Source: Bugula neritina (Eukaryota; Animalia; Bryozoa). From it: a DNA stretch of 64,000 nt. Under the pieces are notes generated by a model. That model ran no database searches and was not told where the DNA came from. It saw only the letters and a program-made list of their open reading frames with translations. Positions 25,934 to 37,300 of the stretch are shown piece by piece. The translations under genes and the position numbers were made by a program. The stretch lies in the NCBI GenBank assembly GCA_964035545.1, contig OZ037768.1, forward strand, positions 6,728,741 through 6,792,740. The letters are read 5' to 3'. The stretch's first letter is position 1. Every line of letters begins with the position of its first letter.

Positions 25934-27361
25934 GTCTTTGTTATTTTCCTGTCAGCTCTGGTGAAAAAAATTCAGTTGTTTGATGATACAAGAAACTTAG
26001 TAAACAGAAACCTAAAAGTAAAATGTTAACATACTAATGTAAACACTTTGGCAAACAAGTACTAGAGAATCCCTGACACACTTCACTTATGCAGTACTAA
26101 AATATTCTTATATTCCTATGTTAGTTTTCATTTGCATATTGTTTTAAGGTTGGATGCCTAAACAATTTTGTTTTATAATGAATTTTGTGCGAGTATGTAC
26201 TGAAATGATTTGGAATTTTTAATCGCATGGAAATGAAATTTTCGGTCGGCTTTGACTCTAATGCTACTATAAAACTTATACTAATTATAGCTAACTTTCA
26301 GCACCAATAATTATAACTATAACAATAAGAATAGCTATAAAAACTTGGTATTCTGTAGTACTAGTTGTTGGGATAAAGGAGCAAAAAGTCTTTTACAAAA
26401 AACATTTACAGCTGTATTACTAAAGTGTAAAACTAAAAGTAAATATAACTATAAGACAAAAAAGCTAAGCAACCGAGTACTGACCAATAGCCAATAAGCT
26501 AGACCTACTCCTAGACAACATCAACATGATCATGATGTTGCCTTAGTTTATCAGAGTCAGACTATTGCATTCAGCATTAGTCAGGATCTTAGCTGTTTAA
26601 GTCATAATATTAATATCATTATGATTACCGCATTACGTTTGACTAAAAGTAAAATTTAAATTTAGTATAATTAAAATCTAACTCAATATGAATATAAATA
26701 TGTAATCATATTGATATTCATAATGATAATGATTCAATTTAATACAGTATTTTCAATCTCGTTACACTTAAAATTTAAATTATAATCAAAATCATCCTAA
26801 TAATATTAATAACCATATTAATATTAATATGCTAACTATGATTAACAATCACATGTCGCGAGAGAAATTATTATTGCGATTATCATTATCAGCCGTGAAG
26901 CTACCACCTTGCTCAAACGCGATCTGATAGTTCGCTGTGCGTAAGGTAATTCTATAATCGGAATGATTATTGCATCAGAGATGAGAATAATTATTATTTC
27001 CGAATTATTTGTTATTTTATGATTAAATGACTCATTGGATCGTATCAGTCAACGGAGATGAAATAATATTTTGTGGAGAGCGATTTACTTTAGACTCATT
27101 GTCGCAGTTATCCCATTTCTTAGTAGTATAACTCCATAATATTATTGACACTCGATACTTTTGAAAAAAGTGCTGCAGAGTTGTCTTTTAATTTTTGTTG
27201 TAAAAATGCTACTACAATGTTACTACGACTACAAAAAAAGCCATCAAAATATTTACGTACAACGTGAAAGTGTTGAAAATTAAAAATAAATAAAATAAAA
27301 TATGTTAAAAAATATACTGTTTTGCAAATCCAATTATTGCATTTGAGATATTCATGCGCTG

Positions 27362-27374
27362 GTTCCCTAACAAC
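27362..27374 (+). promoter_or_regulatory. Putative RFX X-box upstream of HYDIN
   Basis: GTTCCCTAACAAC, 2 mismatches from GTTGCCTAGCAAC, upstream of a candidate 5'UTR exon (27519-27538, ttttag|...|gtaagt) of a motile-cilia gene. Confidence 0.4.
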
Positions 27375-28300
27375 AGCTTCAACATGGCGACTCAACGAGT
27401 TGTTAACCAGAAGCTGTAAAACTGAATTAGAATAGAAAACCAGTATCAATTTGGAAATGTTGAGTTCATAAGTTAATTAATGTCATACATATTACAGTTA
27501 CTTGATATTTTCTTTTAGTGTTTTGCAGTTGCCTTCTGGTAAGTGTTCGTTGTATTCAATTACTATTACTATTAGTCTTAGTATTCGACTTTTGCTCTCA
27601 GAGTCAGACTGGCATTAGCCGTAGGATTATCATTTACATTATGATAGTGATAGTCATGATTATCACCATGACTATCACTATGAATCATACAAATTTTCAT
27701 ACTTTGCCTGATTATCTTGGCCGTTTTGTATTAATTAAAAATGTTTTTACTTGAATAGAAAAAAGTTAGTATAAAAATTTGCTAGTGTTGTCTTGCTTCT
27801 AATCATATGTTATCTTACTAACACTTTATTAAACACAAAATCAGTTTTCTGATGCAGCCTGGGCTTTAGTTAACATGAGAAGTTGCTTGTCTTCAAATAA
27901 AATCTTTATCTTTGTGTTTGAAACAATTATTGATTAATTCTATTTTTTGTTGTTCAGTTAGTAGACTAGATTCAAAAGCTCTAAAATTTTCTGTTTGTTG
28001 GAACATTTTAATTGTATTATACTAGCTCTGATTAAGGTTTTTGCTGTAACAATTCCATAAAATAACTTATATTGCTAGTTTAGTAATAGGGTCTTAGAGT
28101 TTAAACAGTTTAATAGTCATTTCTAAAATTTGTTGTTTTTATTTTGTTCAAGAGAATTGTTTGCACTACTACTTTTATAATTTTATACAATTTTATTATA
28201 TTTAGTTTGAAAATATTAATTAAAGTGTAGTAAAAGCGTGTTTATAGTTATTTAGCTCTAATATTATTTGTTTTGAAGGCAGCAGCTGACAGTTTTGGAA

Positions 28301-31300
28301 ATGCCTATTGGTCCATACGGTGAGATTATAGGCACTACCAACTGCTTGGATGGGGTATCTGATGCTGTACTAAAGACCTACAGAACTAAAGTCAATGTCC
28401 CTAAAAACCCAAAAGTTGTCAGTGACGATGAACCCAAGCATAAACTCACTCCATCAGTATTTATGTTTCAAATGTCTATGGACACTGAAAAGAAGTTGTC
28501 CAATACACGAGACATGCGTCGACCTCAAAAGGTTGAACTCTTAGACATGGCAGAAACAACTCATCAAAGGGTATTAATTATACCACCAACTAAACATATT
28601 GACCTGATGAATTATTTTTTGTAATCACACATTTTCTTTGTCCTAAAATTTGATAGACCTACAATGTAATAATTTGACTTTACAATTACAACTTCAAAAT
28701 TTAAATAATTTGTTTTAAACTATATAATTTCTCTAAATTTTGAAGTTGTAATTATAAAATCAAAATATTATATTGTTTGTAAGTCTATCAAATTTTAAGA
28801 CAAAGTTCAATCAAGCAGTGTATTGTAATATCTAATCATAATTTATTGCAGTTCTCTCATGTATCAATTGATGAGCCACTCTTCCAGCCATTTCCCTCAG
28901 AAATATTCTTTCAGCGGTGTGAACCTTTCAAGACTCATGAGGTTCCTTTGATTTTGAGAAACAATGACAAAGTTAGTATTGATTTCTGTTATGTGAGATA
29001 TTTAAAATCATGTACTTTGAATATATATTTGCACATTTTGCTACTATGCCAAGGTTACTAAGCTTTATGTAGCTGTTTATATGATTTGATAATTATTTAG
29101 GTTCCTAGGCTGGTTAAGGTTGTCCAAGCAGACTCCCCATACTTTAAAATAGTGGCTCCTCTAAACTGTGGTGACAAAGTTGGTCCTGGTCTTCCAACAG
29201 TCTACAAAATACAGTTCACTCCTGAAGATAAAAGAGTAAGTATTAATTAAAATATTTTCTAATTACTAATGTGTGGCTAATGCAAAAGACTCAATGCATT
29301 TGCATACTGAAAAATTGAAGGATATTTTAAATTATTAGATGCATTAGAAAATCTATGACTAACAGTTTTTTTTAAATTAGTGTTAAAAATTGATTTATAC
29401 TGCAAAAGATTAGCACAGTGTGAGTTTACTAGCTTCAATCATACATGAATTTAGTTTAAAGCTATCACAAAGCTTTTCTGCTGTGTTTTACAAAAAGCTG
29501 TGATATCATAGTTTCATTTGATTCAATCATAGCAGACCCATGATTCTACTGTTGATTCTGTTGGTATGTTTAACTAATTAGGTTGGAATTTAGAAAATAA
29601 CAGTGTCTAACTAAAATATTGTAGTATATAAATTTAAAATTCGACTATGCTTGTATGAAATTAAGGAATAATAGCTATTGTTTAAACTTTATTTCAGGAT
29701 TACATTCATGAATTGGTGTGCATCACAGAAAGAGAAAAGTTTATTGTACCAGTCACAGCTATAGGATCTCGTGCTATGCTAGATTTTCCAGACAATGTCA
29801 ACTTTGAAGTTTGCCCTGTAAAGCACACATCTACAAAAACTTTGTTGGTTCGTAATGTTGGGGAAAGAGAAGCCAAGTTTACACTATCAGCTGAAAAGTA
29901 AGCATTTTGATTTATGCTGTGCAAATAGTTTTATTATTCTAGCCTGTTTTATGCATTTTAATATCCGAAACTTTACCTTCTTACTCAATTCATTTCTATC
30001 TTATGCGTGTTTTAGACCATTTTCTGTAAAGCCATCAAATGGAATTCTACCAGTAAACGAGAGCTTACAGATATCTATTGACTTCACACCCATCAAAACT
30101 GGTGACCATTACTCCGACTTAGAGTTGTGCTATGACACTGGGGAGACAATTCTGATAGAACTACATGGTGCTTCACAAGATGCAAATGTACGGTTAGATA
30201 AATCTTCAGTAAGAATAGAGAACACATATATCGGCATGGCTAAACAGAGAACTGTGACCTTGACTAACAGAACCAATGTCATCGCTCACTTCAGATGGAG
30301 CGAGTTTGCTACTCAAAGCTCTGAGGATATGCAGCGCTCAAGGTAATGATTCCCAAACATACATTCAATGTTTATCATTCAAAGGGTTGCAATCTAAGCA
30401 TCAGATACCTTATTAGGAAAACGCTTATGTTATCAGTTCTTTGTAAAATACAGTATCAGTTTTGATTCAAATATACAAGTAAACTGTTTTTGAAAGAGTA
30501 ATACTATTTTGTAAGATTTTGGCCATCATAAAAGTTTTTCTATTTTTATTGGTAAAAACAGCATGACAAAAACAAATGTTTGTCAGCAGTATTATAAAAT
30601 ATTTATTTATTGTTGGTGTGCATCAAGCTGTCACGTTTTACATTGCTGTCAATTTAACAAAATATTGGTAATCATGTTGTCATTTACTCAAAATATATTT
30701 ATACAAAGCAACTTGTATTTAAGTTATTTAAAAGAATATATGTTTCACTGGTTGCAGGTTTATCGGAGATCTAACAGATTCTGAAAAAATGGAAACGGAT
30801 CGGTTTCTGGAGGAGTGTATAACAGATCCGTCCTTGAGAGACAAAATGTCGATTATTAACCGAACATTTCAGAATAGGAAAAGAGTATGTAAATTGTCTA
30901 CTGTTTTTAGAATATTGGAATTCTGTAGTCATGTAAATTTGTTACGCTTTTTGTTTTTGGTAATCTAAGGATTTGCCTGTTTTGTGTGTATTTTTATCTT
31001 TGTCTCTTAGAAGTTAGAACACACTTACAGTATGCGAAATGCTATGTCAATCGAAAACCGTGGATTTCAAGTGTTTTAATAATGCAATTAAGATTGCTGC
31101 GACATTTGTAGCATTTTTCAATTTAAGATAATTCAATTGTAATATTTTTATTGGGAAGTTTGATAATTCAAAGTAAATACATAGTAGAACCGTATCTTAT
31201 TACTCTTATGTATTACCCTAATTCAAGTGTCTTGTGTTCTTATTGTACAGTAATACAATAATAATAAACAGTTTTATTTTAAATAACAAACACAAACTAT

Positions 31301-34300
31301 AAATAGTGTTTAAATGCCACGGTTTTTTACAGAATGTTGCAGACAACAAAATGCTTTTCACCGATGATGTGGTGAAGATTGACCCTGCAGAGGGCGATAT
31401 ATGGCCAAACTCTTCAGCGGAAATCACTGTCATATTCAAGCCTGATAAAGCGGAGGTTTATAACAGGACAGCTTTTTGTGATGTCACTGGCAGAGAGTCT
31501 AGACTGCCACTCAAGGTCACCGGGTTGGGTATTGGACCAAAGGTAATTGTGTTGCAGTACAATACTCTGATCAAACTATTGCATTATGTGTTATTGGATT
31601 AATGATTACGTAGATTTTCTGATAAGTGGCAAATAGAGTAGTCACTGTTTAGATCATCAGTTGTACCGCATGATTACACCATTAATTGCTGCTTGCCATT
31701 TAACTTAAATTATTTTGCTGAACAGGATTTATACCACGGACATTATTTTAAAAGCCATTAGAACAGCATGTTATAGTTGTGTTGTTCACTCAAAGAAATA
31801 TAGTTTTTTTAAAACCAATGTTTTTTTAGGTTCAATTTTCTTGTGATGTGCTGGACATGGGTAATATATTTGTGGGCTCGACGCATGTCTATGAGATTGT
31901 GATGGCAAACAAAGGAGACATTGATGCCATCTACACCCTCATCCCGTCCAAGACAATGTTTGGCAAATGCTTTTCCTTTAACCCTGCTGAGAGTATCCTA
32001 ATGCCTGAGGCCCACCAAGCTATTCAAGTCATGTTCTCCAGTCAAACACTGGGCAACTTTGAAGAGGAGTTTGAGTTCCAAGTTGATGGAGCTCCTGAGA
32101 AAGTCAAAGTGAAGTTTATGTACGTATTCACCATCTGTCAGTGTTTGTAGCTTGTTGGTTAGAAACTTTATTTATAAGTAAAGATTTTATATATGATCCT
32201 CATGCAGATATTTCTAGGCATTATTATAAGAATTATTTTATTAATTTATAATTTTTTTGACAAAGTAAAAATTACTTTATGGTAGAATGGCTTATTAAAG
32301 TCAATAATTTGTTTAAATTACAGGCTTTTAAGACTTAAAAATGTTTTGTGTTATAAGAGAGCTTCAAACCTATGATCCAGCCTTTTTGTATATTGTGGTG
32401 GCTCGTGGAGCTACCAGCAACACAATACGCAAGGTTGCGTATTGACCCGGAACAATGTATTAGCCAATTAACTAAGCTGTTGGATAAGTAATAGTAGCCG
32501 CTTCGCGCTACTAGCTCAGTTGAGGATAGTGCTGTAAACTAAATAGACGTGCGTATCATTACTGTTGTACATTGGATTTTATTATGTATTCTTGTATTAA
32601 ATATAACGATATCTACTCGACTTAACTGGTGAAGTTTCTCTAGTGTTAAATAGACTCTCTTGGTGGCACATCAACCCTAAATCTGAAAATTATAACAGTG
32701 GTGGCAGCGGTGGGATAGTGTATATCAAAGATGGAGACTGAAAACGCTGGAATGCAACCACCCCCAGTAGAAGGTGAGCGTAGAAATGCTGTTAACCCTG
32801 TAAACTATGAAGGAGAAGAAGCTTATAGACATTACTTGAAAGCTCCCACCTTTACTGGGTCGGAAGATGTCGAACAATTCATACAAGAATTTAGAGAAGT
32901 AATGGAAGTTGCTCAATGGCCGCATAGAGTGGCCCTCATTCAGTTGCGGAGAGCAGTGACGGAGCAAGCCAAGCCGTACGGAGTGGGAACGGACGTAAAC
33001 GGCATACTGGCTGCGCTGCGGGCCCGTTTTGGCACCTCCGTCATAGACGCTAGGACCAAGCTGGAGAGATTGTGCCGCACCCCGCGGACCTCGCTGCAAG
33101 AACATGCCGCGACGGTGAAGAAGCTGGCGCAGATTGCATATAGCGATCTGCCAGCACAACACCAAGAGCGTTACACCTATGACGCCTTTGTCCAGTCCCT
33201 AAACGACCTGGGCCTAGACCATCACCTACGAGCTAAAGGGATAACCAGAATGGAGGATGCCCTGAAGGCTGGAGAAGCTTACCTGTTGGCTACCCAAATG
33301 CATCGAGCACAGCGGAACCCACCAGTAGTTGGAGTCAGCGCTGCTCGGGCTACGACAGGCTCCGAAGCCCTCCCGCTGGAAGCCGAAGTGGACCGTATGG
33401 TAGAGATGCTGGGACAATTGGTAACCATTCTGGCTGGTGCTGGCCCCGGTCAGGCCTTGCGGATGCCCCCAACACCTGTGGGGCAAGGCTGGAGTAGCGC
33501 TGATCAGGACCAGAGACAGGAAGGACGACCCCAATACCAGGGGGCGTTAAACTGTCACGGCCCGCGGACATTCTCCCTCCCCGCGGGCCGCAACTAAAGG
33601 AGTATGGTGGAACACGCCGTCGGCTGTCCGTACGGACGCGGCGGAACATTCTACCCGAGTGGCAGGTACCACGCAGGACTAGTAGGCCCGCACAACGGGC
33701 CAGTACCTTTTCCCTGCCACTCGCTAACCGGTTTCACCGGTTACCTCGGGAGGAGGAGCCCGCCACTGAAATGGAGCCAGAAGGCCCAGTGGAGAGGCCC
33801 AAACCCCGCCGGCACCAACCTCGCCGCCGGAAGCCCCGTAAACCACGGGTGAAACCCCCGCCGTCCTGTCAAACCAGGACAGCACATGCGGGGGGGGGTG
33901 AAAGTACAACCACATGGAGAGAGCTATTTCCTACCCGGAAAGGTGGCCGGCAACGCCGTCACTTTCCTGCTCGACTCCGGTTGTACTACCAACCTTCTCA
34001 GCCGTAGAGTCTTTGAGGCACTGCCCCGCCGGGACAGGGATAGAGTACGACCGTATACTGGAGAACATGGCACCCTGGCAGACGGGTCATGTATCCCCTT
34101 TTATGGTATTATCGAGCTCCCTGGGCGTGTCCGAGATCAGGCTGTACAGGAGACCTTTATCATAGGTCAACTGGAAGAAGATGCTATCCTCGGAATGCCC
34201 TTCTTGAAGCAGCACCAGTGCCGAATAGATTTCAGTAAGTCGGTGGTGCTGATGGGCGGGCGAGAACTCGCCTGTGTGGATAAGTTTGGGCGTCCCCTGG

Positions 34301-37300
34301 TGGGCGGTGTTCAGGTAGTTCGAAACTGCACCGTACCCGGACGCTCCAGAGCTACTATCCACTGCCGAGTGAACAGCAACCGGATAGCCAGGCTCGGGGT
34401 CGTTGAAAGCGCGCACGAAAAGATCCAACTCGCCAGTAGTTTAAACCGACTAACTGAGCGAGGGGAGGTCTTAGTGCAGTGCGTCAACCCCTTTACCGAG
34501 CCCATTGAGCTCCCAGCTGGGTCAATGCTGGGCCGGTTCCATTCCGTCCAGGAAGAGGACGTGGGCCCGTCGCTGGGTGACGCGACGGAGGCACCCCCTC
34601 GACACCCTATTCAGGGACGAGGGGCAGTCCCAACACATCTCCGGGAGTTATACGAAACAGCCAGTGGCGGCTGCGCGAGTAACAGAGAACGCCAAGCTAT
34701 GGCCAAGTTACTACGCGACTACGGTGATGTGTTCAGTAGCGGAGAGCATGACGTGGGACTGACTGGAATTGTCAGACACGAAATACCGCTGACTGCAGGG
34801 ACAGTCCCTGTCCGGCAACCCACGCGCAGGCTGGGGCCGGAGAAAGAGAAGGAGGTTAGCCGACAAGTACGGGATCTTCTGGACCGGGGACTGATAGAGC
34901 CCGCCCATAGTGCGTGGAGCTCGCCAGTCGTACTGGTCCGGAAGAAAGACGGCAGTTGGCGGTTCTGTGTGGACTACCGCAAACTCAATAGCGTAACCAT
35001 ACAGGACGCCTACCCTCTACCTCGTATTGACGAGTCATTGGACGCCCTAGCCGGCAGCAAGTACTTCAGTACGTTAGACTTGCTAAGCGGCTATTGGCAG
35101 GTTCCTCTGAGTCCCGACGCCCAAGAGAAAGCGGCGTTTATCACACGGGACGGTTTGTGGAAGTGGAAGGTGCTGCCCTTCGGGTTAACCTCCGCCCCAG
35201 CCACCTTCCAGAGGCTGATGGAACAAGTCCTTAGCGGACTCCATTGGAAGACACTGCTGGTCTACCTCGATGATGTCATCGTAATCTCTCCAGACTTCGA
35301 GACACATGTCAGTCGTCTGCAGGAGGTTTTCGAGAGACTCCGAGGTGCCGGTCTTAAGCTCAAACCTTCCAAGTGCGCTCTGTTGCAGCCGGAGGTCAAG
35401 TACCTGGGGCACGTTGTCGGTCGAAACGGCGTGGCAACGGATCCCGAAAAGGTACGGGCAGTAGAAGACTGGGTCACCCCCCAAGACTTGACCGGACTCC
35501 GGGCTTTCTTGGGGCTGGTAGGGTATTACAGGCAATACATGCCAGACTTTGCGGGCATAGCCCAGCCGTTAAACCGGCTTACCGCAAAGGGAGTGACGTG
35601 GCAGTGGACTCCAGTCGAACAAGAAGCGTTCGACCGCCTCAAGGGCTGCCTCCTAACGGCGCCCATCTTGGCCTACCCAGACCCCACTCTGGAGTACATC
35701 CTAGACACGGACGCCAGTGACCAGAATGTTGGCGCTGTGCTGTCACAAGTGCAGGAAGGCCGAGAAGTAGTAGTAGCCTACTACAGCAAATCTCTCTCTC
35801 CCGCTGAACGAAATTACTGCACTACCCGCAAGGAGCTGCTGGCAGTAATCAAGTCAGTGAAGCACTTCAGACCATACCTATATGGCAGGAAGTTCCGGCT
35901 GCGTACGGATCATGCCTCGCTGATCTGGTTGTGCAGGAGAGCAGAGCCCTCCAGTCAGGTCGCCCGGTGGCTCGAAATCCTAGCTGAATTCTCGTACCGG
36001 ATCGAACACCGACCGGGCAAGAGACACAGCAATGCGGATGGGTTGAGTCGCCGACCTGACGGAGGTTGCAAACAGTGTCTCAACATCGAGAGGAGGGATG
36101 GAGGTCCCCCACGATGCGAGTTGGAGACGCTGGCTCATCACGGAGCACCGTTTGACTGGGATCAAGGTCAACTCAGGCAAAGAGTTGATGAGTCCCCGGA
36201 GGATGTACAAAACCTCCGCGCCAACCCTGTACTGGCCGGTAATGTTCGAGAGCTGAAGAAGCTCTAAGAGGAGCTGCCTGGAGTCGTGGCAGACATCTAC
36301 CGGGCCAAAAGGGAAGGGCGACGACCCAGCGAGGAACGCATACGACAGGGATGCGCCGAGTTCCGGCTATACTGTCAGCGTTGGGACTCGCTGCGGATCG
36401 GGCAGGATGGGTTGCTAACCATCTCTCTAGCTGCCAGCGGCAGACACCCGGAAAGGAAGAGGGTAGTCTGCCCCACAGCCATCCGCCGTGAGTTGATTTG
36501 GGATACTCACAAGCAGGCCCACGCAGGGGTCAAGCGAGTGATATCCAAATTACGACTCCGGTGGTATTGGCCGCAGATGGAGCGTGACGTCCGGCTCAGA
36601 GTCAAACAGTGTGAGATCTGCCAGGCCAGTAAGCATAGCCGCCCCCCTGGTGAAGCAGGACGGCGGAGGCTATATGCTGGTAGGCCCTGGCAAGTAGTCG
36701 CTGTAGACCTGGTCGGACCCATGCCCCTGACCCCCAGAGGCAATAATTGGATCCTAGTACTAACCGACCACTTTACTAGGTGGGCGGATGCTCTGGCTAT
36801 CCCAGATGCATCAGCCCCAACAGTGGCCAGGGCACTAGACCAACATGTATTCTGTTATTTTGGGCTTCCCGAACAGATACACTCTGATCAAGGCGCTCAA
36901 TTCCAGTCTCAACTGATGAGCGACCTTTGCCACCTCTGGGGAGTAAATCAGAGCAGGACCACCCCCTACCACCCTCAAGGTAACGGGGTGGTGGAGCGCA
37001 ACAACCGGATGCTAGGTGATGCGCTCCGGAGTCTCCTCCTTGGACGAGGTCAAGAGGAATGGGATACGGTGTTGCCGCAAGTCATGCGTGCATACCGTAG
37101 CACCCCACACACCAGTACTGGTGAGACCCCAAACCTCTTGATGCTCGGGAGAGAGACTCGTGTCCCTGACCATCTCACCTATCACGTTCCAGAGCAGGAT
37201 AACTCAGTCCACGAGTATGCCAGTGAACTAGTGGAACGGATGAAGGCCGCACACGAGATACTGCGTCAACAGCAGTGGAAGGTGCGGCACGAAGATTCCG

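Noticed and set aside
33604-33852. 82-aa ORF in frame with gag and pol, suggesting double stop-codon readthrough
   Set aside because: It needs two readthrough events; the -1 frame with slippery site and stem, plus one extra G, explains the region more simply.
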